This document shows, piece by piece, positions 26,877-40,239 of a stretch of DNA of 64,000 bases; position 1 is the first letter of the stretch; every line of letters starts with the position of its first letter. Both the position numbers and the translations under genes were made by a program. The stretch covers positions 13,082,001-13,146,000 of the forward strand of contig OZ059895.1 in assembly GCA_964057225.1 (NCBI GenBank). Reading direction: 5' to 3'. The notes below the pieces were generated by a model that worked only from the letters and a program-made list of their open reading frames with translations, was not told the origin of the DNA and did not search any database. The DNA comes from Auanema rhodensis (taxonomy: Eukaryota > Animalia > Nematoda).

Positions 26877-26995
26877 AGCTTACGGCACCCGGGATTCCCA
26901 AGCCGTCTCCGATCCAAGTACTAACCGGGCCCAACGTTGCTTGACTTGCCAGATCGGACGGGATGGCGTACTTTCAACGTGGTATGGTCGTAAGC
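26877..26995 (-). rRNA. 5S rRNA type A
   Basis: Full copy. Confidence 0.95.
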
Positions 26996-27804
26996 GAAAA
27001 TACCTGATATTCAATGATTTAAATACTTATCCTCGTTATTGTTTTTTTTCCAATTTCATGTTAGTTATGTAATTTTCTACGTTACATCTAAATCCCTCGA
27101 TGATATCAAATCTTATGAGATCCAAATACAATAAATTAAAAAAGGTTTCACAGTTGTATAGTGTTTAAACAATGTTTGTTTCAATAGGAAATAGATAGAA
27201 ACAGTAAAGTTAAGATGAAGGTTCATAAACTACTGGTTTATAACTGTAATATAGAAATAAGATTGAAGATATTTTGATGCCTTGGGTTGAGCTATCTAAG
27301 TAAAACTGCTGGAAAATTAAAAACATTTGTTACTGAAGAGATAAAATTGAAAATCAGCTGCATGGCGTACTTTCAACGTGGTATGGTCGTAAGCGAAAAT
27401 ACCTGATATTCAATGATTTACATACTTATCCTCGTTATTGTTTTTTTTCCAATTTCATGTTAGTTATGTAATTTTCTACGTTACATCTAAATTCCTCGAT
27501 GATATCAAATCTTATGAGCTCCAAATACAATAAATTAAAAAAGGTTTCACAGTTGTATAGTGTTAAAACAATGTTTGTTTCAATAGGAAATAGATAGAAA
27601 CAGTAAAGTTAAGATGAAGGTTCATAAACTACTGGTTTATAACTGTAATATAGAAATAAGATTGAAGATATTTTGATGCCTTGGGTTGAGCTATCTAAGT
27701 AAAACTGCTGGAAAATTAAAAACATTTGTTACGGAAGAGATAAAATTGAAAATCAGCTGCATTGCGTACTTTCAACGTGGTATGATCGTTAAAAAAATTT
27801 GAAA

Positions 27805-27923
27805 AGCTTAGGGCACCCGGGATTCCCAAGCCGTCTCCGATCCAAGTACTAACCGGGCCCAACGTTGCTTGACTTGCCAGATCGGACGGGATGGCGTACT
27901 TTCAACGTGGTATGGTCGTAAGC
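27805..27923 (-). rRNA. 5S rRNA type A (G113C)
   Basis: Full copy, same substitution as the 25021 copy. Confidence 0.9.
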
Positions 27924-28333
27924 GAAAATACCTGATATTCAATGATTTAAATACTTATCCTCGTTATTGTTTTTTTTCCAATTTCATGTTAGTTATGTAA
28001 TTTTCTACGTTACATCTGAATCCCTCGATGATATCAAATCTTATGAGATCCAAATACAATAAATTAAAAAAGGTTTCACAGTTGTATAGTGTTTAAACAA
28101 TGTTTGTTTCAATAGGAAATAGATAGAAACAGTAAAGTTAAGATGAAGGTTCATAAACTACTGGTTTATAACTGTAATATAGAAATAAGATTGAAGATAT
28201 TTTGATGCCTTGGGTTGAGCTATCTAAGTAAAACTGCTGGAAAATTAAAAACATTTGTTACGGAAGAGATAAAATTGAAAATCAGCTGCATTGAGTACTT
28301 TCAACGTGGTATGATCGTTAAAAAAATTTGAAA

Positions 28334-28452
28334 AGCTTACGGCACCCGGGATTCCCAAGCCGTCTCCGATCCAAGTACTAACCGGGCCCAACGTTGCTTG
28401 ACTTGCCAGATCGGACGGGATGGCGTACTTTCAACGTGGTATGGTCGTAAGC
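28334..28452 (-). rRNA. 5S rRNA type A
   Basis: Full copy. Confidence 0.95.
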
Positions 28453-28862
28453 GAAAATACCTGATATTCAATGATTTACATACTTATCCTCGTTATTGTT
28501 TTTTTTCCAATTTCATGTTAGTTATGTAATTTTCTACGTTACATCTAAATCCCTCGATGATATCAAATCTTATGAGCTCCAAATACAATAAATTAAAAAA
28601 GGTTTCACAGTTGTATAGTGTTAAAACAATGTTTGTTTCAATAGGAAATAGATAGAAACAGTAAAGTTAAGATGAAGGTTCATAAACTACTGGTTTATAA
28701 CTGTAATATAGAAATAAGATTGAAGATATTTTGATGCCTTGGGTTGAGCTATCTAAGTAAAACTGCTGGAAAATTAAAAACATTTGTTACGGAAGAGATA
28801 AAATTGAAAATCAGCTGCATTGCGTACTTTCAACGTGGTATGATCGTTAAAAAAATTTGAAA

Positions 28863-28981
28863 AGCTTACGGCACCCGGGATTCCCAAGCCGTCTCCGATC
28901 CAAGTACTAACCGGGCCCAACGTTGCTTGACTTGCCAGATCGGACGGGATGGCGTACTTTCAACGTGGTATGGTCGTAAGC
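28863..28981 (-). rRNA. 5S rRNA type A
   Basis: Full copy. Confidence 0.95.
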
Positions 28982-30189
28982 GAAAATACCTGATATTCAA
29001 TGATTTACATACTTATCCTCGTTATTGTTTTTTTTCCAATTTCATGTTAGTTATGTAATTTTCTACGTTACATCTAAATTCCTCGATGATATCAAATCTT
29101 ATGAGCTCCAAATACAATAAATTAAAAAAGGTTTCACAGTCGTATAGTGTTAAAACAATGTTTGTTTCAATAGGAAATAGATAGAAACAGTAAAGTTAAG
29201 ATGAAGGTTCATAAACTACTGGTTTATAACTGTAATATAGAAATAAGATTGAAGATATTTTGATGCCTTGGGTTGAGCTATCTAAGTAAAACTGCTGGAA
29301 AATTAAAAACATTTGTTACGGAAGAGATAAAATTGAAAATCAGCTGCATGGCGTACTTTCAACGTGGTATGGTCGTAAGCGAAAATACCTGATATTCAAT
29401 GATTTACATACTTATCCTCGTTATTGTTTTTTTTTCAATTTCATGTTAGTTATGTAATTTTCTACGTTACATCTAAATCCCTCGATGATATCAAATCTTA
29501 TGAGATCCAAATACAATAAATTAAAAAAGGTTTCACAGTTGTATAGTGTTTAAACAATGTTTGTTTCAATAGGAAATATATAGAAACAGTAAAGTTAAGA
29601 TGAAGGTTCATAAACTACTGGTTTATAACTGTAATATAGAAATAAGATTGAAGATATTTTGATGCCTTGGGTTGAGCTATCTAAGTAAAACTGCTGGAAA
29701 ATTAAAAACATTTGTTACGGAAGAGATAAAATTGAAAATCAGCTGCATGGCGTACTTTCAACGTGGTATGGTCGTAAGCGAAAAAAACTGATATTCAATG
29801 ATTTACATACTTATCCTCGTTATTGTTTTTTTTCCAATTTCATGTTAGTTATGTAATTTTCTACGTTACATCTAAATTCCTCGATGATATCAAATCTTAT
29901 GAGCTCCAAATACAATAAATTAAAAAAGGTTTCACAGTTGTATAGTGTTAAAACAATGTTTGTTTCAATAGGAAATAGATAGAAACAGTAAAGTTAAGAT
30001 GAAGGTTCATAAACTACTGGTTTATAACTGTAATATAGAAATAAGATTGAAGATATTTTGATGCCTTGGGTTGAGCTATCTAAGTAAAACTGCTGGAAAA
30101 TTAAAAACATTTGTTACTGAACAGATAAAATTGAAAATCAGCTGCATTGCGTACTTTCAATGTGGTATGATCGTTAAAAAAATTTGAAA

Positions 30190-30308
30190 AGCTTACGGCA
30201 GGCGGGATTCCCAAGCCGTCTCCGATCCAAGTACTAACCGGGCCCAACGTTGCTTGACTTGCCAGATCGGACGGGATGGCGTACTTTCAACGTGGTATGG
30301 TCGTAAGC
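30190..30308 (-). rRNA. 5S rRNA type C
   Basis: Full-length, GG107-108CC. Confidence 0.9.
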
Positions 30309-30718
30309 GAAAATACCTGATATTCAATGATTTACATACTTATCCTCGTTATTGTTTTTTTTCCAATTTCATGTTAGTTATGTAATTTTCTACGTTACAT
30401 CTAAATTCCTCGATGATATCAAATCTTATGAGCTCCAAATACAATAAATTAAAAAAGGTTTCACAGTTGTATAGTGTTAAAACAATGTTTGTTTCAATAG
30501 GAAATAGATAGAAACAGTAAAGTTAAGATGAAGGTTCATAAACTACTGGTTTATAACTGTAATATAGAAATAAGATTGAAGATATTTTGATGCCTTGGGT
30601 TGAGCTATCTAAGTAAAACTGCTGGAAAATTAAAAACATTTGTTACGGAAGAGATAAAATTGAAAATCAGCTGCATTGAGTACTTTCAATGTGGTATGAT
30701 CGTTAAAAAAATTTGAAA

Positions 30719-30837
30719 AGCTTACGGCAGGCGGGATTCCCAAGCCGTCTCCGATCCAAGTACTAACCGGGCCCAACGTTGCTTGACTTGCCAGATCGGA
30801 CGGGATGGCGTACTTTCAACGTGGTATGGTCGTAAGC
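30719..30837 (-). rRNA. 5S rRNA type C
   Basis: Full-length, GG107-108CC. Confidence 0.9.
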
Positions 30838-31645
30838 GAAAATACCTGATATTCAATGATTTACATACTTATCCTCGTTATTGTTTTTTTTCCAATTTCA
30901 TGTTAGTTATGTAATTTTCTACGTTACATCTAAATCCCTCGATGATATCAAATCTTATGAGATCCAAATACAATAAATTAAAAAGGTTTCACAGTTGTAT
31001 AGTGTTTAAACAATGTTTGTTTCAATAGGAAATAGATAGAAACAGTAAAGTTAAGATGAAGGTTCATAAACTACTGGTTTATAACTGTAATATAGAAATA
31101 AGATTGAAGATATTTTGATGCCTTGGGTTGAGCTATCTAAGTAAAACTGCTGGAAAATTAAAAACATTTGTTACGGAAGAGATAAAATTGAAAATCAGCT
31201 GCATGGCGTACTTTCAACGTGGTATGGTCGTAAGCGAAAAAATCTGATATTCAATGATTTACATACTTATCCTCGTTATTGTTTTTTTTCCAATTTCATG
31301 TTAGTTATGTAATTTTCTACGTTACATCTAAATTCCTCGATGATATCAAATCTTATGAGCTCCAAATACAATAAATTAAAAAAGGTTTCACAGTTGTATA
31401 GTGTTAAAACAATGTTTGTTTCAATAGGAAATAGATAGAAACAGTAAAGTTAAGATGAAGGTTCATAAACTACTGGTTTATAACTGTAATATAGAAATAA
31501 GATTGAAGATATTTTGATGCCTTGGGTTGAGCTATCTAAGTAAAACTGCTGGAAAATTAAAAACATTTGTTACGGAAGAGATAAAATTGAAAATCAGCTG
31601 CATTGAGTACTTTCAATGTGGTATGATCGTTAAAAAAATTTGAAA

Positions 31646-31764
31646 AGCTTACGGCAGGCGGGATTCCCAAGCCGTCTCCGATCCAAGTACTAACCGGGCC
31701 CAACGTTGCTTGACTTGCCAGATCGGACGGGATGGCGTACTTTCAACGTGGTATGGTCGTAAGC
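31646..31764 (-). rRNA. 5S rRNA type C
   Basis: Full-length, GG107-108CC. Confidence 0.9.
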
Positions 31765-32174
31765 GAAAATACCTGATATTCAATGATTTACATACTTATC
31801 CTCGTTATTGTTTTTTTTCCAATTTCATGTTAGTTATGTAATTTTCTACGTTACATCTAAATTCCTCGATGATATCAAATCTTATGAGCTCCAAATAAAA
31901 TAAATTAAAAAAGGTTTCACAGTTGTATAGTGTTAAAACAATGTTTGTTTCAATAGGAAATAGATAGAAACAGTAAAGTTAAGATGAAGGTTCATAAACT
32001 ACTGGTTTATAACTGTAATATAGAAATAAGATTGAAGATATTTTGATGCCTTGGGTTGAGCTATCTAAGTAAAACTGCTGGAAAATTAAAAACATTTGTT
32101 ACGGAAGAGATAAAATTGAAAATCAGCTGCATTGAGTACTTTCAATGTGGTATGATCGTTAAAAAAATTTGAAA

Positions 32175-32293
32175 AGCTTACGGCAGGCGGGATTCCCAAG
32201 CCGTCTCCGATCCAAGTACTAACCGGGCCCAACGTTGCTTGACTTGCCAGATCGGACGGGATGGCGTACTTTCAACGTGGTATGGTCGTAAGC
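32175..32293 (-). rRNA. 5S rRNA type C
   Basis: Full-length, GG107-108CC. Confidence 0.9.
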
Positions 32294-33101
32294 GAAAATA
32301 CCTGATATTCAATGATTTACATACTTATCCTCGTTATTGTTTTTTTTCCAATTTCATGTTAGTTATGTAATTTTCTACGTTACATCTAAATCCCTCGATG
32401 ATATCAAATCTTATGAGATCCAAATACAATAAATTAAAAAGGTTTCACAGTTGTATAGTGTTTAAACAATGTTTGTTTCAATAGGAAATAGATAGAAACA
32501 GTAAAGTTAAGATGAAGGTTCATAAACTACTGGTTTATAACTGTAATATAGAAATAAGATTGAAGATATTTTGATGCCTTGGGTTGAGCTATCTAAGTAA
32601 AACTGCTGGAAAATTAAAAACATTTGTTACGGAAGAGATAAAATTGAAAATCAGCTGCATGGCGTACTTTCAACGTGGTATGGTCGTAAGCGAAAAAATC
32701 TGATATTCAATGATTTACATACTTATCCTCGTTATTGTTTTTTTTCCAATTTCATGTTAGTTATGTAATTTTCTACGTTACATCTAAATTCCTCGATGAT
32801 ATCAAATCTTATGAGCTCCAAATACAATAAATTAAAAAAGGTTTCACAGTTGTATAGTGTTAAAACAATGTTTGTTTCAATAGGAAATAGATAGAAACAG
32901 TAAAGTTAAGATGAAGGTTCATAAACTACTGGTTTATAACTGTAATATAGAAATAAGATTGAAGATATTTTGATGCCTTGGGTTGAGCTATCTAAGTAAA
33001 ACTGCTGGAAAATTAAAAACATTTGTTACGGAAGAGATAAAATTGAAAATCAGCTGCATTGAGTACTTTCAATGTGGTATGATCGTTAAAAAAATTTGAA
33101 A

Positions 33102-33220
33102 AGCTTACGGCAGGCGGGATTCCCAAGCCGTCTCCGATCCAAGTACTAACCGGGCCCAACGTTGCTTGACTTGCCAGATCGGACGGGATGGCGTACTTTC
33201 AACGTGGTATGGTCGTAAGC
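33102..33220 (-). rRNA. 5S rRNA type C
   Basis: Full-length, GG107-108CC. Confidence 0.9.
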
Positions 33221-34029
33221 GAAAATACCTGATATTCAATGATTTACATACTTATCCTCGTTATTGTTTTTTTTCCAATTTCATGTTAGTTATGTAATTT
33301 TCTACGTTACATCTAAATTCCTCGATGATATCAATTCTTATGAGCTCCAAATACAATAAATTAAAAAAGGTTTCACAGTTGTATAGTGTTTAAACAATGT
33401 TTGTTTCAATAGGAAATAGATAGAAACAGTAAAGTTAAGATGAAGGTTCATAAACTACTGGTTTATAACTGTAATATAGAAATAAGATTGAAGATATTTT
33501 GATGCCTTGGGTTGAGCTATCTAAGTAAAACTGCTGGAAAATTAAAAACATTTGTTACGGAAGAGATAAAATTGAAAATCAGCTGCATGGCGTACTTTCA
33601 ACGTGGTATGGTCGTAAGCGAAAAAATCTGATATTCAATGATTTACATACTTATCCTCGTTGTTGTTTTTTTTCCAATTTCATGTTAGTTATGTAATTTT
33701 CTACGTTACATCTAAATTCCTCGATGATATCAAATCTTATGAGCTCCAAATACAATAAATTAAAAAAGGTTTCACAGTTGTATAGTGTTAAAACAATGTT
33801 TGTTTCAATAGGAAATAGATAGAAACAGTAAAGTTAAGATGAAGGTTCATAAACTACTGGTTTATAACTGTAATATAGAAATAAGATTGAAGATATTTTG
33901 ATGCCTTGGGTTGAGCTATCTAAGTAAAACTGCTGGAAAATTAAAAACATTTGTTACGGAAGAGATAAAATTGAAAATCAGCTGCATTGAGTACTTTCAA
34001 TGTGGTATGATCGTTAAAAAAATTTGAAA

Positions 34030-34148
34030 AGCTTACGGCAGGCGGGATTCCCAAGCCGTCTCCGATCCAAGTACTAACCGGGCCCAACGTTGCTTGACTT
34101 GCCAGATCGGACGGGATGGCGTACTTTCAACGTGGTATGGTCGTAAGC
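34030..34148 (-). rRNA. 5S rRNA type C
   Basis: Full-length, GG107-108CC. Confidence 0.9.
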
Positions 34149-34956
34149 GAAAATACCTGATATTCAATGATTTACATACTTATCCTCGTTATTGTTTTTT
34201 TTCCAATTTCATGTTAGTTATGTAATTTTCTACGTTACATCTAAATCCCTCGATGATATCAAATCTTATGAGATCCAAATACAATAAATTAAAAAGGTTT
34301 CACAGTTGTATAGTGTTTAAACAATGTTTGTTTCAATAGGAAATAGATAGAAACAGTAAAGTTAAGATGAAGATTCATAAACTACTGGTTTATAACTGTA
34401 ATATAGAAATAAGATTGAAGATATTTTGATGCCTTGGGTTGAGCTATCTAAGTAAAACTGCTGGAAAATTAAAAACATTTGTTACGGAAGAGATAAAATT
34501 GAAAATCAGCTGCATGGCGTACTTTCAACGTGGTATGGTCGTAAGCGAAAAAATCTGATATTCAATGATTTACATACTTATCCTCGTTATTGTTTTTTTT
34601 CCAATTTCATGTTAGTTATGTAATTTTCTACGTTACATCTAAATTCCTCGATGATATCAAATCTTATGAGCTCCAAATACAATAAATTAAAAAAGGTTTC
34701 ACAGTTGTATAGTGTTAAAACAATGTTTGTTTCAATAGGAAATAGATAGAAACAGTAAAGTTAAGATGAAGGTTCATAAACTACTGGTTTATAACTGTAA
34801 TATAGAAATAAGATTGAAGATATTTTGATGCCTTGGGTTGAGCTATCTAAGTAAAACTGCTGGAAAATTAAAAACATTTGTTACGGAAGAGATAAAATTG
34901 AAAATCAGCTGCATTGAGTACTTTCAATGTGGTATGATCGTTAAAAAAATTTGAAA

Positions 34957-35075
34957 AGCTTACGGCAGGCGGGATTCCCAAGCCGTCTCCGATCCAAGTA
35001 CTAACCGGGCCCAACGTTGCTTGACTTGCCAGATCGGACGGGATGGCGTACTTTCAACGTGGTATGGTCGTAAGC
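34957..35075 (-). rRNA. 5S rRNA type C
   Basis: Full-length, GG107-108CC. Confidence 0.9.
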
Positions 35076-35484
35076 GAAAATACCTGATATTCAATGATTT
35101 ACATACTTATCCTCGTTATTGTTTTTTTTCCAATTTCATGTTAGTTATGTAATTTTCTACGTTACATCTAAATCCCTCGATGATATCAAATCTTATGAGA
35201 TCCAAATACAATAAATTAAAAAGGTTTCACAGTTGTATAGTGTTTAAACAATGTTTGTTTCAATAGGAAATAGATAGAAACAGTAAAGTTAAGATGAAGG
35301 TTCATAAACTACTGGTTTATAACTGTAATATAGAAATAAGATTGAAGATATTTTGATGCCTTGGGTTGAGCTATCTAAGTAAAACTGCTGGAAAATTAAA
35401 AACATTTGTTACGGAAGAGATAAAATTGAAAATCAGCTGCATGGCGTACTTTCAACGTGGTATGGTCGTTAAAAAAATTTGAAA

Positions 35485-35603
35485 AGCTTACGGCAGGCGG
35501 GATTCCCAAGCCGTCTCCGATCCAAGTACTAACCGGGCCCAACGTTGCTTGACTTGCCAGATCGGACGGGATGGCGTACTTTCAACGTGGTATGGTCGTA
35601 AGC
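35485..35603 (-). rRNA. 5S rRNA type C
   Basis: Full-length, GG107-108CC. Confidence 0.9.
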
Positions 35604-36411
35604 GAAAATACCTGATATTCAATGATTTACATACTTATCCTCGTTATTGTTTTTTTTCCAATTTCATGTTAGTTATGTAATTTTCTACGTTACATCTAAA
35701 TCCCTCGATGATATCAAATCTTATGAGATCCAAATACAATAAATTAAAAAGGTTTCACAGTTGTATAGTGTTTAAACAATGTTTGTTTCAATAGGAAATA
35801 GATAGAAACAGTAAAGTTAAGATGAAGATTCATAAACTACTGGTTTATAACTGTAATATAGAAATAAGATTGAAGATATTTTGATGCCTTGGGTTGAGCT
35901 ATCTAAGTAAAACTGCTGGAAAATTAAAAACATTTGTTACGGAAGAGATAAAATTGAAAATCAGCTGCATGGCGTACTTTCAACGTGGTATGGTCGTAAG
36001 CGAAAAAATCTGATATTCAATGATTTACATACTTATCCTCGTTATTGTTTTTTTTCCAATTTCATGTTAGTTATGTAATTTTCTACGTTACATCTAAATT
36101 CCTCGATGATATCAAATCTTATGAGCTCCAAATACAATAAATTAAAAAAGGTTTCACAGTTGTATAGTGTTAAAACAATGTTTGTTTCAATAGGAAATAG
36201 ATAGAAACAGTAAAGTTAAGATGAAGGTTCATAAACTACTGGTTTATAACTGTAATATAGAAATAAGATTGAAGATATTTTGATGCCTTGGGTTGAGCTA
36301 TCTAAGTAAAACTGCTGGAAAATTAAAAACATTTGTTACGGAAGAGATAAAATTGAAAATCAGCTGCATTGAGTACTTTCAATGTGGTATGATCGTTAAA
36401 AAAATTTGAAA

Positions 36412-36530
36412 AGCTTACGGCAGGCGGGATTCCCAAGCCGTCTCCGATCCAAGTACTAACCGGGCCCAACGTTGCTTGACTTGCCAGATCGGACGGGATG
36501 GCGTACTTTCAACGTGGTATGGTCGTAAGC
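36412..36530 (-). rRNA. 5S rRNA type C
   Basis: Full-length, GG107-108CC. Confidence 0.9.
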
Positions 36531-37338
36531 GAAAATACCTGATATTCAATGATTTACATACTTATCCTCGTTATTGTTTTTTTTCCAATTTCATGTTAGT
36601 TATGTAATTTTCTACGTTACATCTAAATCCCTCGATGATATCAAATCTTATGAGATCCAAATACAATAAATTAAAAAGGTTTCACAGTTGTATAGTGTTT
36701 AAACAATGTTTGTTTCAATAGGAAATAGATAGAAACAGTAAAGTTAAGATGAAGGTTCATAAACTACTGGTTTATAACTGTAATATAGAAATAAGATTGA
36801 AGATATTTTGATGCCTTGGGTTGAGCTATCTAAGTAAAACTGCTGGAAAATTAAAAACATTTGTTACGGAAGAGATAAAATTGAAAATCAGCTGCATGGC
36901 GTACTTTCAACGTGGTATGGTCGTAAGCGAAAAAATCTGATATTCAATGATTTACATACTTATCCTCGTTATTGTTTTTTTTCCAATTTCATGTTAGTTA
37001 TGTAATTTTCTACGTTACATCTAAATTCCTCGATGATATCAAATCTTATGAGCTCCAAATACAATAAATTAAAAAAGGTTTCACAGTTGTATAGTGTTAA
37101 AACAATGTTTGTTTCAATAGGAAATAGATAGAAACAGTAAAGTTAAGATGAAGGTTCATAAACTACTGGTTTATAACTGTAATATAGAAATAAGATTGAA
37201 GATATTTTGATGCCTTGGGTTGAGCTATCTAAGTAAAACTGCTGGAAAATTAAAAACATTTGTTACGGAAGAGATAAAATTGAAAATCAGCTGCATTGAG
37301 TACTTTCAATGTGGTATGATCGTTAAAAAAATTTGAAA

Positions 37339-37457
37339 AGCTTACGGCAGGCGGGATTCCCAAGCCGTCTCCGATCCAAGTACTAACCGGGCCCAACGTT
37401 GCTTGACTTGCCAGATCGGACGGGATGGCGTACTTTCAACGTGGTATGGTCGTAAGC
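37339..37457 (-). rRNA. 5S rRNA type C
   Basis: Full-length, GG107-108CC. Confidence 0.9.
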
Positions 37458-38265
37458 GAAAATACCTGATATTCAATGATTTACATACTTATCCTCGTTA
37501 TTGTTTTTTTTCCAATTTCATGTTAGTTATGTAATTTTCTACGTTACATCTAAATCCCTCGATGATATCAAATCTTATGAGATCCAAATACAATAAATTA
37601 AAAAGGTTTCACAGTTGTATAGTGTTTAAACAATGTTTGTTTCAATAGGAAATAGATAGAAACAGTAAAGTTAAGATGAAGGTTCATAAACTACTGGTTT
37701 ATAACTGTAATATAGAAATAAGATTGAAGATATTTTGATGCCTTGGGTTGAGCTATCTAAGTAAAACTGCTGGAAAATTAAAAACATTTGTTACGGAAGA
37801 GATAAAATTGAAAATCAGCTGCATGGCGTACTTTCAACGTGGTATGGTCGTAAGCGAAAAAATCTGATATTCAATGATTTACATACTTATCCTCGTTATT
37901 GTTTTTTTTCCAATTTCATGTTAGTTATGTAATTTTCTACGTTACATCTAAATTCCTCGATGATATCAAATCTTATGAGCTCCAAATACAATAAATTAAA
38001 AAAGGTTTCACAGTTGTATAGTGTTAAAACAATGTTTGTTTCAATAGGAAATAGATAGAAACAGTAAAGTTAAGATGAAGGTTCATAAACTACTGGTTTA
38101 TAACTGTAATATAGAAATAAGATTGAAGATATTTTGATGCCTTGGGTTGAGCTATCTAAGTAAAACTGCTGGAAAATTAAAAACATTTGTTACGGAAGAG
38201 ATAAAATTGAAAATCAGCTGCATTGAGTACTTTCAATGTGGTATGATCGTTAAAAAAATTTGAAA

Positions 38266-38384
38266 AGCTTACGGCAGGCGGGATTCCCAAGCCGTCTCCG
38301 ATCCAAGTACTAACCGGGCCCAACGTTGCTTGACTTGCCAGATCGGACGGGATGGCGTACTTTCAACGTGGTATGGTCGTAAGC
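38266..38384 (-). rRNA. 5S rRNA type C
   Basis: Full-length, GG107-108CC. Confidence 0.9.
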
Positions 38385-39192
38385 GAAAATACCTGATATT
38401 CAATGATTTACATACTTATCCTCGTTATTGTTTTTTTTCCAATTTCATGTTAGTTATGTAATTTTCTACGTTACATCTAAATCCCTCGATGATATCAAAT
38501 CTTATGAGATCCAAATACAATAAATTAAAAAGGTTTCACAGTTGTATAGTGTTTAAACAATGTTTGTTTCAATAGGAAATAGATAGAAACAGTAAAGTTA
38601 AGATGAAGGTTCATAAACTACTGGTTTATAACTGTAATATAGAAATAAGATTGAAGATATTTTGATGCCTTGGGTTGAGCTATCTAAGTAAAACTGCTGG
38701 AAAATTAAAAACATTTGTTACTGAAGAGATAAAATTGAAAATCAGCTGCATGGCGTACTTTCAACGTGGTATGGTCGCAAGCGAAAATACCTGATATTCA
38801 ATGATTTACATACTTATCCTCGTTATTGTTTTTTTTCCAATTTCATGTTAGTTATGTAATTTTCTACGTTACATCTAAATTCCTCGATGATATCAAATCT
38901 TATGAGCTCCAAATACAATAAATTAAAAAAGGTTTCACAGTTGTATAGTGTTAAAACAATGTTTGTTTCAATAGGAAATAGATAGAAACAGTAAAGTTAA
39001 GATGAAGGTTCATAAACTACTGGTTTATAACTGTAATATAGAAATAAGATTGAAGATATTTTGATGCCTTGGGTTGAGCTATCTAAGTAAAACTGCTGGA
39101 AAATTAAAAACATTTGTTACTGAAGAGATAAAATTGAAAATCAGCTGCATTGCGTACTTTCAATGTGGTATGATCGTTAAAAAAATTTGAAA

Positions 39193-39311
39193 AGCTTACG
39201 GCAGGCGGGATTCCCAAGCCGTCTCCGATCCAAGTACTAACCGGGCCCAACGTTGCTTGACTTGCCAGATCGGACGGGATGGCGTACTTTCAACGTGGTA
39301 TGGTCGTAAGC
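39193..39311 (-). rRNA. 5S rRNA type C
   Basis: Full-length, GG107-108CC. Confidence 0.9.
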
Positions 39312-40120
39312 GAAAATACCTGATATTCAATGATTTACATACTTATCCTCGTTATTGTTTTTTTTCCAATTTCATGTTAGTTATGTAATTTTCTACGTTA
39401 CATCTAAATTCCTCGATGATATCAAATCTTATGAGCTCCAAATACAATAAATTAAAAAAGGTTTCACAGTTGTATAGTGTTAAAACAATGTTTGTTTCAA
39501 TAGGAAATAGATAGAAACAGTAAAGTTAAGATTTAGGTTCATAAACTACTGGTTTATAACTGTAATATAGAAATAAGATTGAAGATATTTTGATGCCTTG
39601 GGTTGAGCTATCTAAGTAAAACTGCTGGAAAATTAAAAACATTTGTTACGGAAGAGATAAAATTGAAAATCAGCTGCATGGCGTACTTTCAACGTGGTAT
39701 GGTCGTAAGCGAAAAAATCTGATATTCAATGATTTACATACTTATCCTCGTTATTGTTTTTTTTCCAATTTCATGTTAGTTATGTAATTTTCTACGTTAC
39801 ATCTAAATTCCTCGATGATATCAAATCTTATGAGCTCCAAATACAATAAATTAAAAAAGGTTTCACAGTTGTATAGTGTTAAAACAATGTTTGTTTCAAT
39901 AGGAAATAGATAGAAACAGTAAAGTTAAGATGAAGGTTCATAAACTACTGGTTTATAACTGTAATATAGAAATAAGATTGAAGATATTTTGATGCCTTGG
40001 GTTGAGCTATCTAAGTAAAACTGCTGGAAAATTAAAAACATTTGTTACTGAAGAGATAAAATTGAAAATCAGCTGCATGGCGTACTTTCAACGTGGTATG
40101 ATCGTTAAAAAAATTTGAAA

Positions 40121-40239
40121 AGCTTACGGCACCCGGGTTTCCCAAGCCGTCTCCGATCCAAGTACTAACCGGGCCCAACGTTGCTTGACTTGCCAGATCG
40201 GACGGGATGGCGTACTTTCAACGTGGTATGGTCGTAAGC
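40121..40239 (-). rRNA. 5S rRNA type B
   Basis: Full copy, T102A. Confidence 0.95.
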
